A stretch of 64,000 bases of DNA from Acidobacteriota bacterium (GTDB lineage: Bacteria; Acidobacteriota; Thermoanaerobaculia; UBA5066; Gp7-AA6): assembly GCA_020199905.1 (NCBI GenBank), contig JAIVJS010000071.1, forward strand, positions 8,668 to 72,667, written 5' to 3'. A model generated the notes under the pieces. That model had not been told where the DNA came from and searched no databases. It saw only the letters and a list, made by a program, of their open reading frames with translations. Position 1 is the first letter of the stretch. Every line of letters starts with the position of its first letter. Both the position numbers and the translations under genes were made by a program. Below, piece after piece: positions 48,016 to 57,384 of the stretch.

Positions 48016-49182
48016 CTAGCCGGCGCTCTCCGTCTCCGTGCGGACCCGATCCCCTTCGCGAAGGTGTACCGCGGCCGGCGCCGCGACGAGCTTCTCTCCG
48101 CCCTGGAGGCCCGACGTGACTTCCACCTGGCCCTGCACTTCGCCCCCCGCCTGGACGGGAAGAAAGCGCGCCTTGCCTTCGACTACCCTGAAGACCCCGG
48201 TCTTTCCATCCGAGGCGGCGAGCGCGCTCTTCGGCACCAGGATCCTGGAACGGTGGATCTTTCCCGACGTCGGCTCCGACGTAAACGCCACGCGGGCGGA
48301 AAGGTCGGGCAGGATCTTCTCATCCCCGTCGTCGATCGCGACCTTGACGCGGACCGTCGCCTTCTGCCTGTCGGCCGCCGGGACGATCTGCCTCAGGTGA
48401 CCGTGGTAAGTCTTGTCGGGCACGGCATCGAGGGAGATCTCCGCCGGCTGGCTCGGCGCCAGGCGCGAGAGGTTGGATTCGTTGACGTCGGCGCCGACGT
48501 AGAGCGAGGAGAACTCGACGAGCGTCACGATCGCCCCTCCCGAGCCGCCGCCGGAGGGGGACGAGCCGAAAGGAGAGACCGCCTCCCCGACGAAGGCCCG
48601 CTTGGCGGTCACGACTCCCGCAAAAGGAGCCCGGATTTCCGTGTAGTCGAGGAGCGCCCGCACGTAGTCGACGCGCGCGCGCGTCGAGGATTCCTGGGCG
48701 ACGGCCGAATCGAGAACCGACTGGGGCGCCAGCCCTTCCGCCCTGAGCGACCTCTGCCGGGCGAGCTCAGCCCGCGCGTTGACCCAGGCCGCTCGGGCTT
48801 CGGAGAGCTGGGCGTCGATGTCGGTGTGATCCAGGCGGGCGACGACTTCTCCCTTCCGGACCCGCGAGCCCTCCGTGACGTTCAACTGGGTGATTCGGGA
48901 CGTGATCTTCGGCGACAGGTCCGCCTTGCGCTCCGCCTCCACGTACCCGGTCGCCGTGAGAACGGTCGTGGCCTGCCCTTCGGTGACGACGGAAGCGGTC
49001 ACGAGGTCGACCTTCTTCGGCCGCAGCGAGCGGCCGGCGAAGAAGTAGGCCGCTGCCCCGGCCGCCACGATCATGATCGCCCCGAGAAGCAGCCAGCCGC
49101 GGGCTCCGCCCGATTTCTCGGGCTCCCGGTGGATCCTCAGCGCGGAGAGGTCCGTCCCCGCACGGTCTCGTTCCTGGCTCAT
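48016..49182 (-). CDS. periplasmic adaptor subunit (MacA-like)
   Basis: [29 protein letters not shown]. Confidence 0.9.
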   Translation of the reverse strand: MSQERDRAGTDLSALRIHREPEKSGGARGWLLLGAIMIVAAGAAAYFFAGRSLRPKKVDLVTASVVTEGQATTVLTATGYVEAERKADLSPKITSRITQLNVTEGSRVRKGEVVARLDHTDIDAQLSEARAAWVNARAELARQRSLRAEGLAPQSVLDSAVAQESSTRARVDYVRALLDYTEIRAPFAGVVTAKRAFVGEAVSPFGSSPSGGGSGGAIVTLVEFSSLYVGADVNESNLSRLAPSQPAEISLDAVPDKTYHGHLRQIVPAADRQKATVRVKVAIDDGDEKILPDLSARVAFTSEPTSGKIHRSRILVPKSALAASDGKTGVFRVVEGKARFLPVQAGGEVQGQVEVTSGLQGGEKLVAAPAAVHLREGDRVRTETESAG

Positions 49183-49290
49183 GACTCGGAGCCCGACATT
49201 CTATGTTGCTCGATCCCGGAAGTTCAGTGGACCGGCGGGTGCGTCCTCTCGAGTCGGGGGCGGGAGAGAGCCCGTATAATCGAGGGCTCC

Positions 49291-49866
49291 ATGCTGCGCT
49301 TGCGGCTCGCCGTCGCCGTGATCTTCGTCCTGGCGGCCGCCGCCGTCCCGCCCGGGGCGGGGGCAGCCGACTCCGCCGCCTCGCCGCTGTATCGCATCGA
49401 GACGGCCGGCCGAGCGGTTCTCTGGTCGCGTGACCGTCCGCTGCAGAGCGGGGACCAGGTGTCTTTCCACCAGCACCCCGGGGGCACGCTCGTCAGCATG
49501 CGCCGATCCGACATCGTGCGCGTATCGATCGAAAGAATGGTTTCGGCGCCATCCGCCTACATCGACGTCGGCGTCACGGGCGCGGGCCGGCGGGAGGCCG
49601 CCGCGCCCGCCGGCGGAAAGTCCGCCCCGACCGTCGGGAGGTCGGCGCGTAACGAGCCTCCCGGACCGGGCGCGCGGGCGGACGGAACGGCGCTCTTCAA
49701 TCCCGACCGCAAGTACCAGCCCGACATCGACTCCAAGCGCGTGCCGGGCCTGAGCACCGGAATGCCGAATTCCGCCAACGACTACCGCGAGGGACGGACC
49801 GTGGCGTATCCCGCCGCGCCGGCGACCCAGGCGGCGCCCGGCGAGCCACCGAAGGGGCCGCAGTAG
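49291..49866 (+). CDS. secreted hypothetical protein, paralogous N-domain to 40127..41059
   Basis: TATAAT and GAGG upstream of ATG 49291; signal peptide; LYRIE..G....SRD.P...G....FHQHPGG.L. Confidence 0.75.
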   Translation: MLRLRLAVAVIFVLAAAAVPPGAGAADSAASPLYRIETAGRAVLWSRDRPLQSGDQVSFHQHPGGTLVSMRRSDIVRVSIERMVSAPSAYIDVGVTGAGRREAAAPAGGKSAPTVGRSARNEPPGPGARADGTALFNPDRKYQPDIDSKRVPGLSTGMPNSANDYREGRTVAYPAAPATQAAPGEPPKGPQ

Positions 49867-49988
49867 CCGCGGGGAAGAAGGTCGATCGTCGAGCGTTCAG
49901 CGTTGAGCGTTCGTTGCGAAGACGGGGATTTCCCTGGGCTTGCTTTTCGGTCTGGACGCTCAACGCCTAACGCTGAACCGTCCCCGGC

Positions 49989-51395
49989 CTAAATGTGGAT
50001 TGCGTGCCCGGCTACGGCCTCCGCCGCCTCATGCATCGCTTCGGACAGCGTGGGGTGCGCGTGGATCGTTCGGACCAGCTCTTCCGACGTCGCCTCGAGG
50101 CGGAGGGCGGCGCCCGCCTCTGAGATGAGCTCGGTGGCCTTCGGGCCGATGATGTGGACGCCGAGCACCTCGTCGTATTTCTTCTCCGCCACGATCTTCA
50201 CGAAGCCCGCCGTCTCGTTGATGATCCGCGCCTTGCCGATCGCGGAGAAGGGGAACTTCCCGACCACGACGTCGTAGCCGCGCTCGCGTGCCTTCGCTTC
50301 CGTCAATCCGATCGAGCCGATCTCCGGCGAGCAGTACGTGCAACCGGGCACCTGGTCGTAATTCAACGGCGGAGGGTTCTTGCCCGCCAAGTGCTCGACC
50401 GCGACGATCCCTTCGGCGGAGGCCACGTGGGCGAGCCAGGCCGTCGGCACGACGTCTCCGATCGCGTAGATGCCCGAGACGTTCGTGCGCATCATTCCGT
50501 CGACGCGGATGTACCCGCGGTCAGTCGCGACTCCGGCGGCCTCGAGACCGATGCCCTCCGAGAGGGGCTTCCGGCCCACGGCCAGGAGCATCTTTTCGGC
50601 GCGGAACGTCTCCGTCTTTCCGCCTGAGGTTCGAGCGAGCACCTCGACGCCGTTGTCCATCTTCGTGACCTTCTCGACGCGCGTGTCCACGTAAACGGCG
50701 ATTCCCTGCCGCTTGAAGGAGGCGGCGAGCTCGCGGGAAATCTCCTCGTCCTCGACGGGCACGATTCGCGGCAGCACTTCGATGACGGTCGCCTTCGACC
50801 CGAAGCGGGCGAACATCGAAGCGAACTCGACACCGACGGCGCCGGAGCCGATCACCAGGAGGGACTTGGGCACTTCCGCGAGATCCAGGATGGAGTCGGA
50901 AGAAAGGATGGTGCGGTGGTCGATGTCGATCCCCGGAAGCGACCGGGGCGAGGAGCCGGTCGCCAAAAGGATGTTCTTCGCGCCGAACTCCGATTCCGAC
51001 CCGTCGGCCGCTTTGACCGCCACCCGCCCCGGCCCCGCGATCCGGCCGAATCCGGGCGTGACGTCGACGCGGTTCTTCTTCATGAGGTACGAGACGCCGT
51101 TGGAGCTCTGGCGGACCACCTTCTCCTTGTGTTTCTGCGCCCCCGCCATCTCGAGCTTGATCTCACGGGCCATGACCCCGATGTCGGCGCCGTGGCGTGC
51201 CTCCTCGAGGAGGTCGGCGGTGTGGAGGAGGGCCTTCGTCGGGATACATCCGCGCAGGGTGCAGACGCCGCCGAGTCTCGGCTCGAGCTCGATCACCTGC
51301 ACGGAGAGTCCGAGCTGCGCCGCCCGGATCGCGGCGACGTAGCCGCCGGGTCCGGAACCGATGATCGAAACGTCGTAAGTCTTCGATTCGTTCAT
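49989..51395 (-). CDS. lpdA: dihydrolipoyl dehydrogenase
   Basis: GSGPGGY, GGVCTLRGCIP, HAHPTLSE. Confidence 0.96.
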   Translation of the reverse strand: MNESKTYDVSIIGSGPGGYVAAIRAAQLGLSVQVIELEPRLGGVCTLRGCIPTKALLHTADLLEEARHGADIGVMAREIKLEMAGAQKHKEKVVRQSSNGVSYLMKKNRVDVTPGFGRIAGPGRVAVKAADGSESEFGAKNILLATGSSPRSLPGIDIDHRTILSSDSILDLAEVPKSLLVIGSGAVGVEFASMFARFGSKATVIEVLPRIVPVEDEEISRELAASFKRQGIAVYVDTRVEKVTKMDNGVEVLARTSGGKTETFRAEKMLLAVGRKPLSEGIGLEAAGVATDRGYIRVDGMMRTNVSGIYAIGDVVPTAWLAHVASAEGIVAVEHLAGKNPPPLNYDQVPGCTYCSPEIGSIGLTEAKARERGYDVVVGKFPFSAIGKARIINETAGFVKIVAEKKYDEVLGVHIIGPKATELISEAGAALRLEATSEELVRTIHAHPTLSEAMHEAAEAVAGHAIHI

Positions 51396-51435
51396 GAATG
51401 GATCCTCATCCGAGGGCGGAGGTTATCAGCACTTG

Positions 51436-51632
51436 CCGAGGGCGAAGGGCGAAGGCGAAAGGCGAAAGACCCGGGGCGGGGGCACGGGCCGAAGGGCGCT
51501 CGGTTGAGCGGGGCCCGTCAATTCGAACCGATTTCGATCTGGGCTCTTCGTTTCCCGTTTCTCGTTTCCCGTTTCTCGTTTCCCGATTTCCGGGTCCTTC
51601 CGCCTACCCCCTCCCGCCTTCCGCCTCCCGTC
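51436..51632. repeat. 7-nt tandem repeat patch (GGCGAAG/A; CGTTTCC/T; CTCCCGC)
   Basis: gggcgaagggcgaaggcgaaaggcgaaa; cgtttcccgtttctcgtttcccgtttctcgtttccc. Confidence 0.75.
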
Positions 51633-52178
51633 TCACGTGTCCACACCCTCACCCGGCGCGGTCGGGTCCGTCCTCAGGGCTTCGTTGAAACGGTTGAAGT
51701 AGGCGAAGAGTCCCACCACGCAGGCGATCTCGACCACCTCGCCCTCTTCGAAATGCCGGCGCAGCTCGGCGAACGTCGCGTCGGACACCTGGCTGGCGTT
51801 GCTGGTCATCTCGAGGCCGAAGCGCAGCGCCGCTTTTTCCCGCGGATCGAACGGTCCATTCTCGAAATCGAGCAGCTTCGCGATCTGATCCGGCGTCGCT
51901 CCCAGCCGCTCTGCCAGAGCGGTGTGCGAACGCGTTCAATAGTGGCAGGCGTTCGCGAGCGAGGTCTGAAGGGCGAGCAGCTCCTTCAGCTTCAGGGAAA
52001 CGGTGCCCGATCCCATCACGGCGGAGAAATGCGCGTCCATGGTGGAAAGGATCCAGGGCCGGTGCGCGAACACGCGGTACTGGTTCGGGATGTTTCCCCG
52101 CTCCGCGATCTTCCGTTCGAAGGCGTCGCGCGCCGCGCCCGACACCGCAGACCGTCCGACCCGGCTGATCCGCGCCAT
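51633..52178 (-). CDS. AhpD/carboxymuconolactone-decarboxylase-like selenoprotein (CxxU)
   Basis: In-frame TGA at 51936-51938 in NAC-H-Y-[TGA]-TRSH; read-through gives a continuous 181-aa CMD fold (KELLAL..S..NAC, FDPREKAAL, VSDATFAELRRHF, EIACVVGLFAYFNRFNEAL). Confidence 0.88.
51906..51922 (-). promoter_or_regulatory. bacterial SECIS-like hairpin
   Basis: CCGCTCT-GGC-AGAGCGG, perfect 7-bp stem, G-first loop starting 20 nt after the UGA. Confidence 0.75.
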
Positions 52179-52200
52179 GGGAGAACGCTATCAGAGGCCG

Positions 52201-52251
52201 GGAGCCGCGCGACCAGCGGGAGCGAGACGGCCGCGGTACTCCGCCGTCAAC
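52201..52251 (-). repeat. 51-bp palindromic intergenic repeat, copy 4 (inverted)
   Basis: reverse complement GTTGACGGCGGAGTACCGCGGCCGTCTCGCTCCCGCTGGTCGCGCGGCTCC. Confidence 0.88.
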
Positions 52252-52367
52252 TCGATCGGGGACGGGAAACGGGAACGGGAAACGACGGGAGATACGTCGT
52301 CATGCCGTTCCGCGTTCGCCCTTCGCCTCCCGCCTCCCGCCTCCCGCCCAGTTAGAATGCATCCCCT

Positions 52368-53501
52368 ATGCGAAGCCCTTCCTGGAGGCGGCTCCTCCTT
52401 CTCACGGCCGCGTTTGCGGCCGCCTGCGGCGGGGAGCAATCCACCGGCACGCAGGGAATCAAGATTGGCTTCTTCGGCGCGCTGACGGGGCCGCAGGCGA
52501 CGTTCGCGCTCTCCGGGAAAAACGGGGCGAAGCTCGCGATCGACGAGATCAACGCGAAGGGGGGCGTGCTCGGCAAGAAGCTCGAGATGCTCTCCGAAGA
52601 CGACCGCAACGAGCCGTCGGAGGCCGCGTCGGCAGTATCGAAGCTCATCACGCGCAACCACGTCGTCGCCCTGATCGGCGAAAACGCGTCGTCCCGCTCC
52701 CTCGCGGCGGCGCCGATCGCGCAGTCGTATCAGGTTCCGATGGTCTCTCCCTCGTCCACCAACGTCGAGGTGACGAAGAAGGGCGACTACATCTTCCGCG
52801 TCTGCTTCATCGACCCGAGCCAGGGAAAGGCTCTCGCCGTGTTTGCCCGGCAGAACCTGAAGGCGGAGACGGCGTCGATTCTCATCGACTCGAAAAGCGA
52901 CTACAGCGTGGGTCTCGCGGAGGCGTTCCGAACGTCGTTCACGGGACAGGGCGGGCGGGTTCTCTCGGAGGTCAAGTACGCCGAGGGAGACAGCGACTTC
53001 AGCGCCCAGCTCACTTCGATCGATCCAGGCAAGCCGGACGTGCTGTTCGTCCCCGGGTACTATACCGACGCGGGGCTGATCGCCCGGCAGGCCCGGGGCC
53101 TCGGGATGAAGGCCGTGCTTCTCGGGGCCGACGGCTGGGATTCGCCGAAGCTGGCCGAGATCGGTGGCGCGGCCGTCGAAGGCGCGTACTTCTCCAATCA
53201 TTATTCGGTGGACGATCCCGCGCCGGCCGTTCGGGCTTTCGTGGAGGTCTACAGGAAGACTTACGGCTCCGAGCCGGACTCGATCGCCGCGAGCTCCTAC
53301 GACGCGGCGGGCGTCATCGTCGACGCGATCCGCCGCGCGGGCTCGACCGAAGGCAAGCGCCTGCGCGATGCCCTGGCGGCGACCAAAGACTTCCCGGGCG
53401 TGACCGGAACCATCACCATGGACGCGGACCGGAATCCGACGAAGCTGCCGGTCATCCTGAAAGTGGAGAACGGCCGGACGAAGTTCGCCGCGAGGCCGTA
53501 G
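52368..53501 (+). CDS. branched-chain amino acid ABC transporter substrate-binding lipoprotein (LivJ/K-like)
   Basis: lipobox AAAC, IKIG..ALTG, INAKGGVLG, YIFRVCFID, GADGWD. Confidence 0.92.
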   Translation: MRSPSWRRLLLLTAAFAAACGGEQSTGTQGIKIGFFGALTGPQATFALSGKNGAKLAIDEINAKGGVLGKKLEMLSEDDRNEPSEAASAVSKLITRNHVVALIGENASSRSLAAAPIAQSYQVPMVSPSSTNVEVTKKGDYIFRVCFIDPSQGKALAVFARQNLKAETASILIDSKSDYSVGLAEAFRTSFTGQGGRVLSEVKYAEGDSDFSAQLTSIDPGKPDVLFVPGYYTDAGLIARQARGLGMKAVLLGADGWDSPKLAEIGGAAVEGAYFSNHYSVDDPAPAVRAFVEVYRKTYGSEPDSIAASSYDAAGVIVDAIRRAGSTEGKRLRDALAATKDFPGVTGTITMDADRNPTKLPVILKVENGRTKFAARP

Positions 53502-53502
53502 A

Positions 53503-53580
53503 AGCTGTCAGCCATCAGCTCTCAGCTGTCAGCATGAGAAAAGCCGCTCGACTGAGAGCTGAAAGCTGAGAGCTCAGAGC
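53503..53580. terminator. inverted heptamer arrays between convergent genes (terminator-like hairpin)
   Basis: (GCTNTCA)n followed by complementary (TGANAGC)n. Confidence 0.45.
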
Positions 53581-54224
53581 TACTTTCCCTCGATCACGAA
53601 CTCGTCGAAGGTCATGATCCCGGGTCCGGCGGTCCCGATTCCCGCCCGGCCGGCGGCCGGGGCCGTATCCTGCGCCTCGAAGAGAGGCTTGCCTTCCCAG
53701 GCGGCGGCCACCCGCGGTCCGGACAGCTCGACGGTCAGAACTCCCCACTCCCGCGGCGTTTCCGAGGTGGCCCGGGCGAGCTCCGTCGTCCTGCCGGCCC
53801 GCGACTGGAGGAGCCGCGCCTGACCGGTCACCGGGTCGATCAGCACGGCCAGGTAGTTCTTCTCGTCCGCCAGACGAAAGACGATTCCTCCGGTGCCCGA
53901 AAGCTTCTTGATTCCCAGGGACAGAGTCCCGTCGCGGAGCGTTACGCTGCGCCGCAGCGCGGCGCCGATCGACTCCGTGGGACGCGACGAAACGACCTGG
54001 CTGATCGCGTTCGGGGCCGAGGGCGGATTGAATTCCGCGACCACCTTCCACGACGTTTCGCCCGGAGCGCCGAGCGCCACGAAATCGAAGAAGGCGGGCT
54101 CGCGCATGACGGCGTCCGAGTCGAAATGATTCCGGAGCTTCTCCCCCGGGGCGGCGGCCGGCAGGAGGCTCATCAGGGCAAGAGCCAGCGCGCCCGGCCA
54201 GAGAAATCGGCTGTGTCGCTCCAT
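53580..54224 (-). CDS. secreted beta-sandwich protein (concanavalin/DUF1080-like)
   Basis: signal peptide; GGIVFR..DEKNY, W..L.V...G..V, GRAGIGT, FDEF pattern. Confidence 0.6.
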   Translation of the reverse strand: MERHSRFLWPGALALALMSLLPAAAPGEKLRNHFDSDAVMREPAFFDFVALGAPGETSWKVVAEFNPPSAPNAISQVVSSRPTESIGAALRRSVTLRDGTLSLGIKKLSGTGGIVFRLADEKNYLAVLIDPVTGQARLLQSRAGRTTELARATSETPREWGVLTVELSGPRVAAAWEGKPLFEAQDTAPAAGRAGIGTAGPGIMTFDEFVIEGK

Positions 54225-54264
54225 TCTGGCGGACAAACAAGCGAGTTGTCCTAATATTCCCCCC

Positions 54265-54543
54265 GTGCCACAAACCAGACGCTCCTACGCCGCCGAGTAC
54301 GAAGGATTCCGGTTCCGCATGGAGCCGGACGACGTTTCCACGCTGAAGGCCCTTCCGGATTTCGAGGGCCGTGAAGAGCCGGCCGTCGCGGAGGACTTTC
54401 TACGCGCTCATGCGGAGAAGTGGTCCGACGCGCTGACCGCCGCCGGCGCGCATCCGGGCGAATTCGCCGTCAGCCTGGATACCCATCAACGCCGGGCGCG
54501 TCTGCTCCAGGGGCCGACCGTGATCTTCATCGCGGAGATCTGA
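54265..54543 (+). CDS. hypothetical protein, paralog of the C-domain of 54655..55365
   Basis: 92 aa, coding-like codon usage, GFRFRMEPDDVSTLKALP. Confidence 0.7.
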   Translation: MPQTRRSYAAEYEGFRFRMEPDDVSTLKALPDFEGREEPAVAEDFLRAHAEKWSDALTAAGAHPGEFAVSLDTHQRRARLLQGPTVIFIAEI

Positions 54544-54548
54544 AGCAG

Positions 54549-54602
54549 GCTGTCAGCCGTCAGCTGTCAGCCGTCAGCTCTCAGCTCTCACCTCTCAGCT
54601 CT
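54549..54602. repeat. 7-nt tandem repeat (GCYNTCA)
   Basis: gctgtcagccgtcagctgtcagccgtcagctctcagctctcacctctcagctct. Confidence 0.85.
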
Positions 54603-54654
54603 GAGGCGATCGCGTTTCTAAGCCCGTACCCGTTTCGCCGTTCGCCGACTCTCT

Positions 54655-55365
54655 TCAAAAACTCAGGATCGAGCGAATCTTCTTCTCGACGGCGAGAAAG
54701 GCCTGCCGCGAGTACGGGTCCACCACGACGCGCACGTCGGCCGGCGCCGGAACGTCTTCCGCGAGGGAGGCGGTGAAACGATCCGTCTGGCCGTCGAAGA
54801 AGGTTTCCCCGAGCTCGCGATCGGTCTTTCCCTTCGACCCGGGGAGCTCCCGCAGCCGCGTCAGATCCGCGGGCTCGAGTCGCATCCGATAGCCCCCGGA
54901 CTCGCGATACACGGGCTCGCTCGACGCGATCAGATCGGGACGCGGCCCTCGCGGAGCCCGCGGGCGGTCCTCGCGCCGGCGCGGCTGTCCCGCGGCCGGT
55001 GCGTCCGACGGGCGCGCCGGTGTCTCCACGAGCGCTGTCGCGGGCGCCGGAGCCGCCGGCCCCGGCGCGGACGGGGGCAGGGCGGAAGGAAAAGGCGGCT
55101 GGAGCGCGGGAGACGCGGCAGATCGGGCGTCCGGGGCCCGGCCGGGGCCTGGCTCCAGGAACGGCACTCGTTCGGGAGCCGGAGCGGCCGCGGCCGCTGG
55201 CTCCGCGATGGCGGATGCGTTCGGATTGGACGAGTCGCGCGGGAGCTCGGGAAAGGCGGTCGGAGCGGATTCCGGCACGGGCACGGGCGCGGCCATGGAG
55301 GGGGCGGCCGTTTCCTCCGCGGCGGCGGGAGCCGGAACGGGAGGGAAAACGGGCTCGTCCGTCAT
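54655..55365 (-). CDS. hypothetical protein: Pro/Ala-rich N-terminus + small C-terminal domain
   Basis: ATG 55365 coupled to the ACAD stop; C-domain GYRMRLEPADLTRLRELP. Confidence 0.75.
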   Translation of the reverse strand: MTDEPVFPPVPAPAAAEETAAPSMAAPVPVPESAPTAFPELPRDSSNPNASAIAEPAAAAAPAPERVPFLEPGPGRAPDARSAASPALQPPFPSALPPSAPGPAAPAPATALVETPARPSDAPAAGQPRRREDRPRAPRGPRPDLIASSEPVYRESGGYRMRLEPADLTRLRELPGSKGKTDRELGETFFDGQTDRFTASLAEDVPAPADVRVVVDPYSRQAFLAVEKKIRSILSF

Positions 55366-56510
55366 GCTTCCGCCAGGACGTTTTTCGAGATCACGATCCG
55401 CTGAATCTCGCTCGTCCCCTCGTAAATCGTCGTGACGCGCGCATCGCGATAGAAGCGCTCGACCGGGTATTCGCGGGAGTACCCGTAGCCTCCGAAAATC
55501 TGCACCGCTCGCGCGGCGATCGTGTTGGCGGCTTCCGTGGCGAAAACCTTCGCCATCGACGCCTCCTTGGAAAACCTCACGCCGGGCTTCTCGGACAGGA
55601 GCGCGGCCCGGTAAGTCAGGAGCCGGGCTGCGTCGATCTGGACCTTCATGTCGGCAATCTGGAACGCGATGATCTCGTGCTCCGCGAGCTTCCGGCCGAA
55701 CGTCTCCCGGGTCTTCGCGTACTCCGTCGAGGCGTCGTAGCACGCGCGGGCGATCCCCACGCCCTGCGCGGCGATGCCGATCCTGGAATGGTCGAGCGTC
55801 GTCATCGCGATACGAAATCCGTCTCCCTCGGCCCCGAGGCGGCGCGACTCGGACAGCCGCAGATCTTCGAGATAGATCGACGCGGTCTTCGATGATCGGA
55901 GACCCATCTTGTCCTCGGGCGGCCCGATGCGAAGTCCCTCGTCGGCGGCGGAGACGAGAAACCCGGTGATACCCCGGGTGCCGGCGGCCGGGTCCGTCAT
56001 CGCCATGACGAGATACCACCCCGCTTCTCCGGCGTTCGTGATCCATGCCTTGGATCCGTTCAAGACGTATCCGTTCCCGTCGCGGATCGCGCGGGTTTTC
56101 TGGTTGGCGGCGTCCGAGCCGGACTGCGGCTCCGTGAGGGCGTACGCTCCCAGGCTCTTTCCCGACGCGACCTCCGAGAGGATCGTCTTCTTCTGCTCGT
56201 CGGAGCCGTACTTCCAGACCGGGAAGCAGAAGACGGAATTCGTGACCGACACGATCACGGCCACCGACGCGCAGACGCGCGCGAGCTCCTCGATCACGAG
56301 GATGTAGGAGAGCGCATCGGCGGCGGACCCGCCGTACTCCTCGGGCACCATCATCCCGAGAATGCCGAGCCCGGCCAGAGAGTCGATGACCGCGCGCGGG
56401 AATTCTTCCTTTCGCTCGCGCTCGGCGACGCCGGGAGCGATCTCCGTCGCGGCGAACTCCGCGACGACGTCGCGAATCCGCTTCTGGTCCTCGGTCAGGT
56501 CGAAGTTCAC
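55362..56510 (-). CDS. acyl-CoA dehydrogenase
   Basis: YALTEPQSGSD, GSKAWITN, QIFGGYGY, IYEGTSEIQR. Confidence 0.96.
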   Translation of the reverse strand: MNFDLTEDQKRIRDVVAEFAATEIAPGVAERERKEEFPRAVIDSLAGLGILGMMVPEEYGGSAADALSYILVIEELARVCASVAVIVSVTNSVFCFPVWKYGSDEQKKTILSEVASGKSLGAYALTEPQSGSDAANQKTRAIRDGNGYVLNGSKAWITNAGEAGWYLVMAMTDPAAGTRGITGFLVSAADEGLRIGPPEDKMGLRSSKTASIYLEDLRLSESRRLGAEGDGFRIAMTTLDHSRIGIAAQGVGIARACYDASTEYAKTRETFGRKLAEHEIIAFQIADMKVQIDAARLLTYRAALLSEKPGVRFSKEASMAKVFATEAANTIAARAVQIFGGYGYSREYPVERFYRDARVTTIYEGTSEIQRIVISKNVLAEA

Positions 56511-57379
56511 GGTTTGGACCCGCCGTGAGGCGCGGCCGGTCCGGCGCCCGGACCCGGACCCGCCGGACCCGCGTTCCCACCGGCCCCCCCGCGCCCGCGC
56601 CTCCGTCGGCGCGAACGGCGTCTGCGCCCGCCCGCGCCCGGTGCCGGCGCTCCCGGGGCGCCCGCGGCGTCCTCGGCCGTCAGCGCCGCGCCCGGCCGGA
56701 GGGGCGGTCTGCCCGGCCCGGCCGCTGGCGGAACGGGCGGCCGAGGCTCACGCGATGGCGCGGCGGCCGAGGCGCCGCCGCGTTCGCGCTCCGGCCGGTT
56801 CGGCGGACGCGTTCCGCGGGCTCCGTCTCTGCGCTGTCCGCCTCCACCCCCGCGTCCGGAGGCCGGGCGGCCTTCACCGGCCGGCTCGCGAGGCGGCGCA
56901 GCGCGGCCCGCTCCGCGGGCGGGCTCGCGCCCACCCGCCGGCGTCTCCCGCGCCCCGCCGCGCCCTTCGCGGCCTCCGCGGCGTCCCCGCCGCTTCTCCT
57001 TGCGGGGCTCCGGGGTGTCCACCCAGCCGTCCTCGAGGTGGCGAAACGTCACGACGATCTCCGTGCGGGCGGCGCGGGCCTGGAGAAACGCCAGTACCCG
57101 CGATCGCAGCGGCGAGATCGGGTTCTCGACCAGGGAGGGGAGCCGCTCGGCGTCGAAGAGCACCATGCGCGTCCACCCGACGGTCTTCTTCCGCCCGTCG
57201 GCGGCCTCGAGAGTCATGACGAAGAGGTCGCGCTCGTGATCGAGGCCATGCTCCCGATAGGTGAAGTCCGGGAACGCCTCGCGGCAGAGGCCCTTCAGGA
57301 ACTCGAGGTTCTTCTCTCCCCCCTCGAGGGTCTGTTCCATCGAGACCACGCGGTCCCGAAACATCCGTGTCTGCGGCAT
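56507..57379 (-). CDS. hypothetical protein with Arg/Gly-rich disordered C-terminus
   Basis: ~120-aa globular N-part, then RRGRRGG...RRRRSRRRRRGRGG; sits tightly between two ACAD genes. Confidence 0.7.
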   Translation of the reverse strand: MPQTRMFRDRVVSMEQTLEGGEKNLEFLKGLCREAFPDFTYREHGLDHERDLFVMTLEAADGRKKTVGWTRMVLFDAERLPSLVENPISPLRSRVLAFLQARAARTEIVVTFRHLEDGWVDTPEPRKEKRRGRRGGREGRGGARETPAGGREPARGAGRAAPPREPAGEGRPASGRGGGGGQRRDGARGTRPPNRPERERGGASAAAPSREPRPPVPPAAGPGRPPLRPGAALTAEDAAGAPGAPAPGAGGRRRRSRRRRRGRGGAGGNAGPAGPGPGAGPAAPHGGSKP

Positions 57380-57384
57380 GCGGG

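Noticed and set aside
44927..49182. MacAB-like ABC system as lanthipeptide immunity
   Set aside because: It lies ~9 kb outside the block beyond ccmF, belongs to a widespread family, and nothing links it to the cluster
51649..51939. Separate 96-aa ORF downstream of the 80-aa ORF
   Set aside because: Wrong frame; the CMD homology continues in frame through the TGA
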